64,000 bases of DNA from Roseobacter sp. Its GTDB lineage: Bacteria; Pseudomonadota; Alphaproteobacteria; Rhodobacterales; Rhodobacteraceae. The DNA lies in assembly GCA_045104955.1 (NCBI GenBank), contig JBGCDB010000041.1:8000-71999 (forward strand). The letters run 5' to 3'. The translations under genes and the position numbers were made by a program. The notes below the pieces were generated by a model that searched no databases, was not told the origin of the DNA, and saw only the letters and a program-made list of their open reading frames with translations. Shown here piece by piece: positions 1 to 9,482 of the stretch (the first letter of the stretch is position 1; each line of letters opens with the position of its first letter).

Positions 1-499
1 CGAAAGCATCTGCCAACGGCATCAACAGCGTATATAGGTCGTTCAACCCTTCACCATGTTCGGCCGACAGGCGGATCGGTTCGCCCAGACCCAAGCTATA
101 GGCCTCGATTACACCCGCGTCCGCTGCAGCCCCTTCGCCTTTGTTGGCCGCTAGAATTACGTGGGCTGCGCGTTTGCGCAAAATATCGGCAAATACCAAA
201 TCAGACGGCGTGATCCCAACACGTGCATCCACCATGAACAAGCATATGTCTGCCATATCCACGGCCCGCTCGGTCAAGCGCCGCATCCGGCCTTGAAGGC
301 TGTCGTCGGTCACTTCTTCCAAACCGGCTGTATCAATTACGGTAAAGCGCAGGTCCGCCAGACGCGCAGCCCCTTCGCGCAAGTCGCGCGTCACACCTGG
401 CTGGTCATCAACCAACGCAAGGCGCTTACCGACCAAGCGGTTGAACAGGGTGGATTTGCCCACATTGGGCCGCCCCACAATAGCGAGCGTGAAAGACAT
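1..499 (-). CDS. der: Ribosome biogenesis GTPase Der/EngA (5' part; runs off the window start)
   Basis: Read manually on the minus strand from ATG at 499: [43 protein letters not shown]...DTAG (G1, G2, G3 motifs). Lies downstream of bamB. Confidence 0.93.
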   Translation of the reverse strand, partial: MSFTLAIVGRPNVGKSTLFNRLVGKRLALVDDQPGVTRDLREGAARLADLRFTVIDTAGLEEVTDDSLQGRMRRLTERAVDMADICLFMVDARVGITPSDLVFADILRKRAAHVILAANKGEGAAADAGVIEAYSLGLGEPIRLSAEHGEGLNDLYTLLMPLADAF

Positions 500-550
500 G
501 ACGAAGGCTCCGGATGCCGGGTTAAGTTGCGGCTTTAGCGCAAAGTCGCG

Positions 551-1903
551 TCAACGGAAAGCGTGCAATTTGCCTTTTGACGACACGACATACAGAACGC
601 CGCCTGCAACAACAGGGTTGGACGTCGCTCCGCCGGCAATTTCAACACTGCCCAGCTGCGCGCCATCAACCGGGTCAAAACTGCGCAACGCGCCATCATC
701 AGAGGCCACGTATATCCGCCCACCTGCTAAAACGGGGCCATGATGCGCAACGACCGCTGCACGACGAGTGGGTCGCTTGGAAACGAATTTCGGCAGCGCC
801 ACCCCCCAAATACGTTCGCCCGTTGTCGCGTCGAGGCGCAGCAATTCGTTCAGGTCAGAGATCAGAAAAACACTGTCACCCGCCGGAACAATATTACCGC
901 TGGCCCCTTCGCGCGCGGTCCAGACACGTGCACCAGACCCAAGGTTTAGCGCGACAACGCGACCAGATTGATTACCCAAATAAACGGTATCCCCGGAAAT
1001 CACCGGGGCCGCTGTAACATCTCCAACGTTACCAAGTGCCGTGCCAAAGCGTTCTCCTGCGACGGACGCATCCCAACGCCGCAACCCGCCGCGCCGGAAT
1101 ACAGTTTGGACTTCACCCGAACCGAATGCAAACACGGCCAACCCGTCGGCTACCGCGGGGGCCGGTGCGCCCAACACATTGTTGATGTCAGGGGAAGCTG
1201 TCAGTTGCCATTGCACGCGCCCATCATCAGCAGAAATAGCCCAACCGCGATCATCACCGGCGGTCACATAGACCAACCCTTCAAAGATCGTTGGCGTCCC
1301 CGATGCAGAGCCGCCTAATTTCTGGCGCCAAATCTCTTCGCCTGATGCAGCATCTAACGCCACCAAATCACCATAGCCCAAGGACACAAAAACGCGTCCA
1401 CTGTCATAGGCAATGCCGCCGCCTGTCGCTTGGCCGTCTTTGTCCGGTTCGGGCCTGATATCTGAGCGCCAAACGGTCTGACCGCTGGTATCGGTTGCCG
1501 TCACCAGCGAATCCGAATCGAGTGTGTAAATCAAGCCGCCTGCAACAACAGGTGATGCGGTTATGCGTTGTTTCCGGCTATCGCCTGACCCAATATTAGC
1601 CGACCAGATTGGCTGTGGCGCATCGCTTAACAGCGGATGGTTCGTTCTTACACTGGGCGTTCCAATAGACTGCGCCCAATCAGGGTTTGCAGTTTGCGCC
1701 GCCAATGCAATGGGGCGGCTTTCATTCTGTGAAGCCCCGAGCGGATCAACTTGTTCGCCCAGCAAAACAGCTCGTATGTCTTCGCGTTTGCCCGGCAGGA
1801 TCAAGTCTTCTTCTGCGCAGGCCGACAGTAAGACTGACGCCGCACACGTAACAAGCACCGCTCGTAGAAAGCGCCCGTGGGTAGAAACCGTTACACTATT
1901 CAT
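551..1903 (-). CDS. bamB: PQQ-like beta-propeller lipoprotein (BamB-like)
   Basis: Lipobox LLSAC and repeated 'ALDAASGEEIW'-type propeller blades; sits in the yfgM-bamB-der order. Confidence 0.8.
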   Translation of the reverse strand: MNSVTVSTHGRFLRAVLVTCAASVLLSACAEEDLILPGKREDIRAVLLGEQVDPLGASQNESRPIALAAQTANPDWAQSIGTPSVRTNHPLLSDAPQPIWSANIGSGDSRKQRITASPVVAGGLIYTLDSDSLVTATDTSGQTVWRSDIRPEPDKDGQATGGGIAYDSGRVFVSLGYGDLVALDAASGEEIWRQKLGGSASGTPTIFEGLVYVTAGDDRGWAISADDGRVQWQLTASPDINNVLGAPAPAVADGLAVFAFGSGEVQTVFRRGGLRRWDASVAGERFGTALGNVGDVTAAPVISGDTVYLGNQSGRVVALNLGSGARVWTAREGASGNIVPAGDSVFLISDLNELLRLDATTGERIWGVALPKFVSKRPTRRAAVVAHHGPVLAGGRIYVASDDGALRSFDPVDGAQLGSVEIAGGATSNPVVAGGVLYVVSSKGKLHAFR

Positions 1904-1964
1904 CTTGCCCCGCTCGCTCAAGATCGTCTTCGCAAAAGCGCGTACCCTTAAGGGATGCGCCGGA

Positions 1965-2642
1965 TTAGTTGCCCAAATCCGGCAGGTTATCCAATTCAGG
2001 TGTGCCTCCCAGCGCTACAATCACCTGTAAGGCGCGCTGTTGCAAGTCTGCGCTGACGCTGGCGTCTTGCAAAATGGCTTGGAAGCGTTCGATAGCGATC
2101 GTCGGCGTCCCCGCGGCGACATCCATTAATGCCAGTTGTTCCTGCGCCAGCAGCGACAAAGGTGCACCGGGTGCTGCCAGGGCACCCAACTGCAAACGCC
2201 GTGTGTTTTCATCCATGGTATCCGCCTGCAATAAGAGCGACTTGAAATTGGCAATCTGGCGGTAGATCTCGGGAATGTCCCCATTTACGGCCACAGCATC
2301 CAAGGCGGCGACAGCCTCACTGGTGCTGCCGTTTTCTTGCGCTTCAGCCGCTTCAAGCAAGGAAACAACGGCCTGCGCACCAGCTTCGGTCGCGCCAATT
2401 TCTGCCAAGCCGGCACGGCGCGATGACGCCTCTCCTTGTCCTAAAGCTGCGATGATAGCATCACCCAGCCCCTCGGCTTGCGCACGGGCTTGCGCTTTGT
2501 TGTATTCGGTCCAAGCCGCCCCACCAACGATAAGCACCACAACCAATGCGGCCAGCCATCCGTAGCGGCGCAAAAGAAAATAGAACCGGTCGCGGCGGAC
2601 CTCTTCGTTGACTTCACTGATGAAACTGTCTGTGTCGCTCAT
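1965..2642 (-). CDS. Membrane-anchored TPR-like protein (YfgM/DUF2659-like)
   Basis: N-terminal 'SFISEVNEEVRRDR', one TM helix and a helical periplasmic part; upstream of bamB-der. Confidence 0.75.
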   Translation of the reverse strand: MSDTDSFISEVNEEVRRDRFYFLLRRYGWLAALVVVLIVGGAAWTEYNKAQARAQAEGLGDAIIAALGQGEASSRRAGLAEIGATEAGAQAVVSLLEAAEAQENGSTSEAVAALDAVAVNGDIPEIYRQIANFKSLLLQADTMDENTRRLQLGALAAPGAPLSLLAQEQLALMDVAAGTPTIAIERFQAILQDASVSADLQQRALQVIVALGGTPELDNLPDLGN

Positions 2643-2754
2643 GTCGCCCTGCCAAACTGAATTTGAGCCTCTTTACAGGCACTGACCCGCCAAGCCAAGA
2701 GCCGTCAGCCCCACAGATCGACCCCCATTGCAATTCGCCCTAAAAATCATTAAT

Positions 2755-2772
2755 CTAAACCGATCAGTTTAG
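2755..2772. promoter_or_regulatory. Palindromic operator-like site upstream of the RND operon (TetR-type?)
   Basis: CTAAACCGATCAGTTTAG is an 18-bp near-perfect inverted repeat about 80 bp upstream of the MFP gene. Confidence 0.45.
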
Positions 2773-2851
2773 CGTAGAAGTCAAACAATCACCGGTTTGA
2801 CGGTCTACACTTGCGAAACGGTTCCTGACGATTTTCGACGAGGCTTTCGGT

Positions 2852-4090
2852 ATGCGTATTTTTTCCATCATTGCAGCGCTTGCAGTGGCGGCACTGTTGT
2901 ATTTTGCGATCGTGGATCGCAGCGCGGTCACCGCATTGTTGGGCAACGGCGCAGACACCAGCCCCGATACCATGGCAACAGATACGTCTGCCGCGCCGCC
3001 TCCTGCCGTAGCTGATCTGGTCAAAGTTGTCGTTCGCAAGTCAAATGCACAAGCAATTGATACGGCAGTGTCTTTGCGCGGCGAAACACAGGCTGCACGG
3101 GTCGTTGATGTCAAATCTGAAACGTCTGCTGTTGTAGTGTCAGAGCCGCTGCGCAAAGGCGCAAAAGTGGATGCAGGTCAAGAATTGTGCCGGTTAGATG
3201 AGGGTGTACGCGGCACAGCGTTGGCGCAAGCAGAGGCCCAACTAGACGAGGCGCGCGCGCGCGTTCCAGAATCAGAAGCACGATTGGATCAAGCCCTTGC
3301 GCAGTTGGACGAAGCCCGAATAAACCAAAATGCGTCGGCGAAACTTAGTGAAGGTGGCTTTGCATCCAGCACGCGGGTCGCAAATTCCGATGCCAATGTC
3401 GCCACAGCGCTGGCGGGTGTCGAATCCGCCCGCGCGGGGCTACGCGGCGCGCAATCGGGCATTCAATCAGCACAAGCTGCCGTTGCAACCGCGCAGAAAG
3501 AAATTGACCGCCTGACCATAAAAGCACCGTTTGCGGGTCTGCTGGAAAGCGACACGGCCGAATTGGGTGCGCTGCTGCAACCCGGTGACCTGTGTGCAAC
3601 GATCATCCAGCTTGACCCCATCAAATTGGTGACCTTTGTGCCCGAAACAGAAGTTGACCGCGTTGTCTTGGGCGCGCCTGCACGCGCGACCTTGGCCACG
3701 GGCCAGCGTGATGTCGTGGGGCAAGTGTCATTTTTATCGCGCTCTGCGGATGAGACGACCCGCACATTCCGTGTCGAAATTGACGTCGCCAACGCCAATG
3801 AGACGATATCAGATGGGCAAACAGCGGAAATCCTGATTTCAGGCGAAGGGGTCAAGGCGCATTTGCTTCCCCAATCCGCATTGACCCTGAATGATGACGG
3901 TGTGCTGGGTGTGCGCACCATTGATGCGGACGCAATCGTAGAATTTCACGCGGTTCAGTTGCTGCGCGATACGGCTGATGGCATATGGGTCGACGGTTTA
4001 GAGGACGCGGTGGATGTCATTGTGCTAGGCCAAGAATATGTGATTGCAGGTGTGCAAGTCGCCCCCACATTTCAAGAGCTTAGCCAATGA
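2852..4090 (+). CDS. RND efflux periplasmic adaptor (membrane fusion protein)
   Basis: N-terminal TM, long coiled coil, 'IKAPFAG' and 'TRTFRVEI' motifs; overlaps the permease start (ATGA). Confidence 0.9.
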   Translation: MRIFSIIAALAVAALLYFAIVDRSAVTALLGNGADTSPDTMATDTSAAPPPAVADLVKVVVRKSNAQAIDTAVSLRGETQAARVVDVKSETSAVVVSEPLRKGAKVDAGQELCRLDEGVRGTALAQAEAQLDEARARVPESEARLDQALAQLDEARINQNASAKLSEGGFASSTRVANSDANVATALAGVESARAGLRGAQSGIQSAQAAVATAQKEIDRLTIKAPFAGLLESDTAELGALLQPGDLCATIIQLDPIKLVTFVPETEVDRVVLGAPARATLATGQRDVVGQVSFLSRSADETTRTFRVEIDVANANETISDGQTAEILISGEGVKAHLLPQSALTLNDDGVLGVRTIDADAIVEFHAVQLLRDTADGIWVDGLEDAVDVIVLGQEYVIAGVQVAPTFQELSQ

Positions 4091-7000
4091 CCGGGATCGT
4101 CGAATGGGCCGCTGGCCGCGCCCGGATGGTCATGGCATTTATCCTGCTCAGTCTCATTGTTGGCGGGTTCGCGTACACGACCTTGCCCAAAGAGGGTGAG
4201 CCCGACATCGAAATCCCGGCCTTGTTCGTATCTGTGCCCTTCCCCGGTATTTCCGCCGCAGACAGCGAAACACTGCTTGTTAAACCGATGGAGACCGAGC
4301 TGGCCGATCTGGATGGCCTCAAATCCATGAGTGCCACGGCGTCTGAAAACTATGCAGGCGTGGCGTTGGAATTCGAATTTGGTTGGGACAAAACGAAAAT
4401 CCTCGCTGATGTGCGCGACGCAATGAGTAAGGCGCAAGCCGATTTCCCGGTGGGTGCCGAACAGTATTCGATCAACGAGATTAATTTCTCAGAGTTTCCG
4501 ATCATTATTGTGAACCTGACAGGCCCCGTGCCAGAGCGGACGATGATCCGCGTTGCCAAGGACTTGCAGGACGATCTTGAAGCCGTGGATGCAGTGCTGG
4601 AAGCAGGCATCGCAGGATCACGAGACGAGATGGTAGAGGTCCTGATCGACCCGCTTCGACTTGAGGCATATGACGTCACTGCGGGCGATTTGATCACAAC
4701 CGTGCAAAACAACAACCAGCTTATCGCAGCAGGCGAAGTTGAGACGGCGCAGGGCACATTTGCTGTGAAAATTCCGTCGTCCTTTGACGAGCCTCGCGAC
4801 ATCTACGACTTGCCTGTGAAAACAAATGGCGACCGCGTCGTCACGCTGGGCGATCTGGCGCAGATCAATCTGACATTTGAGGACCGGGCAGGCACCGCCC
4901 GTTTCAACGCAGAAAGCACCGTGGCGTTGCAGGTGGTCAAGCGCAAAGGGTTTAACCTGATCGACACCGCAGAGTTGGTCAAACAGATGATCGACGACAA
5001 AAGCAGCATGTGGCCCGAAGGGCTGCAAGCTGCCGTAGAAATCGGCACATCGAATGACCAATCTCGCATTGTGGACAGCATGGTGCAGCAATTGCTGGGG
5101 TCGGTTTTTACCGCCATTGCGCTGGTAATGATCGTGTCGCTGGCTGCTCTGGGCATCCGGGCCTCTCTGCTTGTAGGTTTTGCGATCCCGACCTCGTTTC
5201 TGCTGTGTTTTGCGTTTCTTGCGCTGATGGGTATTTCCATTTCCAACATCGTGATGTTCGGTCTGATCCTGGCAGTCGGCATGCTGGTCGATGGCGCCAT
5301 TGTGGTCGTTGAGTATGCCGACAAACGCCAACAAGAGGGCGTGGGGCCCATGCAGGCCTATGTCGATTCCGCCAAACGGATGTTCTGGCCAATCATCTCG
5401 TCCACTGCGACGACGCTTTGCGCGTTTCTTCCCATGCTTTTCTGGCCCGGTGTGCCGGGGGAATTCATGGGCATGCTGCCTGTAACACTGATCTTTGTTT
5501 TGTCAGCCTCCCTTGTTGTGGCCCTGATTTACCTGCCCGTGATGGGTGGCGTGACCGGACGACTGGAACGTTGGATTTCCGATTATATGGGCGCGGTTGC
5601 AAACTTGCCGTGGTATCTGCACCTGTCGCTCTTTCCGATTGCGGCATTGATGCTGGCGCCACTGACCTTGCTGGACCCGATTTTTGCAGGCGTTGGGGCA
5701 CAGTTTGGGCAGATGGACGGATTAAACATTTTGGGGTCAGTGATCCCTACATTCCTATTTGTCTTCCTGCTCATCGTCGCAGCCGCTGCCTGCCTAGCAA
5801 TTTCGATAGGGGGATTTTTCGTCGGCTTGGTGTCCGCGCTAGCACTTTTGACACGCATGGGCCGCTTTGGGCGGTGGTTGGTGTCAAAGATGTTCCGCAA
5901 GGAACCGCAAGCCATTAGCGCGGGGTATCGCCGCTCTGGTTTTGGGCATGTGATGGCCGCGATTACGGGCAACCCCGTCATGCCATTGGTGATGGCAGGG
6001 ACAGTGTTTGTATTCGTTGGCACTGTTTTGATCTTCTTTACGAATAATAACAACGGCGTTGAATTCTTTGTGGAATCCGAACCAGAACAAGGCATTGTCT
6101 ATGTGCTGGCCCGAGGGAACCTGTCGCTTGAGGAAAAGGACGCCATCGTCCGCCAAGCCGAAGACATCGTATTGGCGCACCCCGGCATTCAGAACGCCTT
6201 TTCCTTTGCAGGCGAAGGCGGGCTGAACACAGATACCTCGGGGGCGGCCACGCCAAAAGACATGATTGGCCAAGTCCAGTTTGAAACGATTCCATGGGAA
6301 GACCGCGCCGACCGACCCGATCTGGATGGCAACATTGTCATCGCAGAACTGACTGAACAGCTTGCTGTTTTGCCGGGGGTAAAGACCGAAATCCTCGAGG
6401 TGGCACAGGGACCTGCATCTGGCAAACCTGTGCATCTGCGGATCAAGGGCGATAACTTTGACGCGCTGACCACCGCAGCTGGACTTGCCCGCGCGCAGTT
6501 TGACCAAACCGCTGGGCTGACCTTGATCGAAGACACCCGCCCGCTGCCCGGTATCGACTGGCAGATCGATGTAGACGTCGAAAAGGCGGGACGCTACGGG
6601 GCCGACGTGCAGACGGTGGGCGCCATGGTGCAACTGGTCACACGCGGGCTGCTGCTGGACACAATGCGTGTCGACAGCTCTGATGAAGAGATCGAAATCC
6701 GCGTCCGGTTGCCTCAGGAAGATCGCGTTCTTTCGACGCTGGATACGCTGAAAGTCCGCACAATGGATGGGCTTATTCCGCTCAGCAACTTTATCACCCG
6801 CACGCCTGTTCCAAAACTGGCAGAAATCAACCGGATCGACCAAAAGCGGTACTTTGATGTCAAAGCAGACGTCGCACCGGGATTAATGAAGGTTGTCGAT
6901 ACGCAACGTGTGGACGGTGTCGCCACGGACGTGACCCTTGCCATCTTGCGCCCTGCCGGTGCGGATGCCGATTTCACCTCACCCGATGATTTGCCTTTCA

Positions 7001-7890
7001 AAGTGATCGAAAGCAGCGCGGATGCAGACCGCGATCTGCAGACTGACGTGCAAAACGGCGACCTGCGTCTGCTGCCCGTGAACGCCAATGAACGTATCGC
7101 GGTGCTGACCGAATGGTTGGATACCCGCCCCCTGCCCGCCGGATTGGAATGGGAATGGACGGGTGATCAGGAGGAACAAGAAGAAAGCCAAGCGTTCTTG
7201 TCGTCGGCCTTTGCTGCGGCACTGGGGTTGATGTTCATTATTCTGCTTGCGCAGTTCAACAGCTTTTACAATGCGGTGCTGGTTTTGGTTGCGGTGGTTT
7301 TATCGACCACAGGCGTACTGATTGGGATGCTGGTCATGGGCCAGACTTTTTCTATTATCATGACAGGAACAGGCATTGTGGCGTTGGCGGGCATCGTCGT
7401 GAACAACAACATTATCCTGATAGATACATATCAGGAATACAGCCAGTATATGCCCCGGATCGAGGCAATCATTCGCACCGCTCAGGCGCGTATTCGGCCT
7501 GTGCTGCTGACCACAATCACAACGATGGCGGGTCTTGCGCCGATGATGTTTGGGCTGAGCCTGAATTTTGCCGATGGCGGGTACACGATCAACAGCCCGA
7601 CCGCCCTGTGGTGGAAACAACTCGCGACTGCCGTCGTCTTTGGCCTCGGGATAGCGACGGTTCTGACGCTCGTCGTCACCCCGTCAATGCTGGCGATCCG
7701 GGTTTGGGCTACGACTTATATCCAATGGATCGCAACGCTTTTGGCTAAAATGTCGATGGGGCGTGCATCTCGCGCTGCGCGTGACTGGGCATTGACGCGC
7801 GAAGCGGCCCGCATCAGCGGAACAGAATTAATCTGGGAAGACGACGACACCCCTGCTGCAGCCTCTACCCCGTTGAAAGCGGCAGAATAA
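4087..7890 (+). CDS. RND efflux permease, AcrB/AcrD/AcrF family
   Basis: 'GMLVDGAIVVVE', 'GIVVNNNIILID' and 'RIRPVLLTTITT' motifs; 1267 aa. Confidence 0.92.
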   Translation: MTGIVEWAAGRARMVMAFILLSLIVGGFAYTTLPKEGEPDIEIPALFVSVPFPGISAADSETLLVKPMETELADLDGLKSMSATASENYAGVALEFEFGWDKTKILADVRDAMSKAQADFPVGAEQYSINEINFSEFPIIIVNLTGPVPERTMIRVAKDLQDDLEAVDAVLEAGIAGSRDEMVEVLIDPLRLEAYDVTAGDLITTVQNNNQLIAAGEVETAQGTFAVKIPSSFDEPRDIYDLPVKTNGDRVVTLGDLAQINLTFEDRAGTARFNAESTVALQVVKRKGFNLIDTAELVKQMIDDKSSMWPEGLQAAVEIGTSNDQSRIVDSMVQQLLGSVFTAIALVMIVSLAALGIRASLLVGFAIPTSFLLCFAFLALMGISISNIVMFGLILAVGMLVDGAIVVVEYADKRQQEGVGPMQAYVDSAKRMFWPIISSTATTLCAFLPMLFWPGVPGEFMGMLPVTLIFVLSASLVVALIYLPVMGGVTGRLERWISDYMGAVANLPWYLHLSLFPIAALMLAPLTLLDPIFAGVGAQFGQMDGLNILGSVIPTFLFVFLLIVAAAACLAISIGGFFVGLVSALALLTRMGRFGRWLVSKMFRKEPQAISAGYRRSGFGHVMAAITGNPVMPLVMAGTVFVFVGTVLIFFTNNNNGVEFFVESEPEQGIVYVLARGNLSLEEKDAIVRQAEDIVLAHPGIQNAFSFAGEGGLNTDTSGAATPKDMIGQVQFETIPWEDRADRPDLDGNIVIAELTEQLAVLPGVKTEILEVAQGPASGKPVHLRIKGDNFDALTTAAGLARAQFDQTAGLTLIEDTRPLPGIDWQIDVDVEKAGRYGADVQTVGAMVQLVTRGLLLDTMRVDSSDEEIEIRVRLPQEDRVLSTLDTLKVRTMDGLIPLSNFITRTPVPKLAEINRIDQKRYFDVKADVAPGLMKVVDTQRVDGVATDVTLAILRPAGADADFTSPDDLPFKVIESSADADRDLQTDVQNGDLRLLPVNANERIAVLTEWLDTRPLPAGLEWEWTGDQEEQEESQAFLSSAFAAALGLMFIILLAQFNSFYNAVLVLVAVVLSTTGVLIGMLVMGQTFSIIMTGTGIVALAGIVVNNNIILIDTYQEYSQYMPRIEAIIRTAQARIRPVLLTTITTMAGLAPMMFGLSLNFADGGYTINSPTALWWKQLATAVVFGLGIATVLTLVVTPSMLAIRVWATTYIQWIATLLAKMSMGRASRAARDWALTREAARISGTELIWEDDDTPAAASTPLKAAE

Positions 7891-7969
7891 CGCCGCTCAC
7901 ACGACTGTGAGGCATCGCGCCCGGGCGTTCATGATAGGCTCGTAGTGTAATTCCAGAAGGAGACCCCCT

Positions 7970-8425
7970 ATGTTCCGCCCCCTTACCCTTGCTTGCGCGC
8001 TCACCCTTGCCAGCGCCACAGCTGGCTTTGCTGCTGATCTGATCAAAAAGCAAAGCGCACATTCTGTGTCAGTGACCATCGACAGGCTTGTTGCTGCGGT
8101 CGAAGGTGCGGGGGCCCGCGTCTTTGCGCGCGTCGACCACGGTGCAGGTGCTGCATCCGTGGATATGGAACTTGAACCCGCGCAGTTGCTGATTTTTGGC
8201 AACCCCAAGCTGGGCACGCCCGCTATGCAAGATGGCATTACTGCCGGTCTTGATCTGCCGCTGCGGGTCCTGGCTTATGCAGATAGTGAAGGCGTGGTGC
8301 ATGTGGCCTACCATGACCCAGCCGTTTTGGCCAAGACGCATGGGCTGCCAATGGATGCAAAATATATCAAGATGATGACAGGCGCATTGGATAAACTGAC
8401 TGGTAAAGCAGCATCTGCTGAATAG
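7970..8425 (+). CDS. DUF302 domain secreted protein
   Basis: Signal peptide and 'VFARVDH...LLIFGNPKLGTPAMQ...GLDLPLRVL'. Confidence 0.85.
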   Translation: MFRPLTLACALTLASATAGFAADLIKKQSAHSVSVTIDRLVAAVEGAGARVFARVDHGAGAASVDMELEPAQLLIFGNPKLGTPAMQDGITAGLDLPLRVLAYADSEGVVHVAYHDPAVLAKTHGLPMDAKYIKMMTGALDKLTGKAASAE

Positions 8426-8508
8426 ACTGCATTTTCTTGGCCACCCTCCTATTTGCTTTGCGCCCCTGATTTGCTAGCCCTACTGAACGACAAACAGAAA
8501 GGCGGCAC

Positions 8509-9474
8509 ATGCAGGTAGGTGTAATAGGAGCAGGCGCGATTGGCGGCTGGCTTACAGCTGGGTGTGTGGACGCCGGTGCATCCGTCACGGTATTGGCTCG
8601 GGGCGCTTCATTTGAGGCACTCAGGCAAGATGGCTTATGCATCGATAATGGCACTGCCCAAAAAACCTATGCGATCAACGCCACGAAGGACGCCGCGGAT
8701 CTGCGCGGCGTCGATGTGCTGGTGCTTGGGCTAAAGGCCCACGACTTGCCCACCGCCGCGCCGTTGATTGAAGCTGCGATGGACAACCATACCATCGTCG
8801 TTCCGGCCATCAACGGACTGCCTTGGTGGTTTTTCGACAGTTTTGGCGGCCCGGCGCAAGGGGTACGGATTGACGCGGTGGACCCCGGTGGCGTCTTGTC
8901 TGACTTGATGCCCAGTGACCGCGTGGTCGGGTCTGTGGTGTATGCGGCAAGTTTTGTTTCAGCGCCCGGGAAAATTAGACTGATCAATGCAAACACCCTG
9001 TGGTTGGGCGATGTTGGTGGCGGCAACCACGCCAAGGTGTTGGCTGAATTCTTTAACAACGGCGACATCCCTGCCGTAGCAACAAAAGACCTGCATTGGC
9101 AGGTTTGGAACAAGCTGTGGGGGAACGCGAACGCAAACCCATTGTCTGCCTTAACGCGGGCAGATATCGCGCAGCTTTACTCGGATGAATATGTGGTCCC
9201 CTTCGCCAAATCCGTCATGCAAGAGATGTCAGATCTTGGCACACGGATCGGTTTGCCCGGATTTGATGATATCGACCGCAGGATAAACGACGCGCGCCAG
9301 TTGGGCGCGTTCAAAACATCCATGTTGCAGGATGTCGAAGCGGGCCGTCCCATTGAGCTTGAGCCGATCTTGGGCGGGCTGGTAGAACTGGCGCGCCATC
9401 TAGATCACCCTACCCCGATGATGGATACGTTGTACGGTCTTGCGCGTTTGCTTGACCGAAATCTTCGGGATTAA
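8509..9474 (+). CDS. Ketopantoate reductase family protein (PanE/ApbA-like)
   Basis: GAGAIG Rossmann motif, 'WNKLWGN' and 'TSMLQDVEAGRPIELE'. Confidence 0.85.
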   Translation: MQVGVIGAGAIGGWLTAGCVDAGASVTVLARGASFEALRQDGLCIDNGTAQKTYAINATKDAADLRGVDVLVLGLKAHDLPTAAPLIEAAMDNHTIVVPAINGLPWWFFDSFGGPAQGVRIDAVDPGGVLSDLMPSDRVVGSVVYAASFVSAPGKIRLINANTLWLGDVGGGNHAKVLAEFFNNGDIPAVATKDLHWQVWNKLWGNANANPLSALTRADIAQLYSDEYVVPFAKSVMQEMSDLGTRIGLPGFDDIDRRINDARQLGAFKTSMLQDVEAGRPIELEPILGGLVELARHLDHPTPMMDTLYGLARLLDRNLRD

Positions 9475-9482
9475 CTGCGTCC

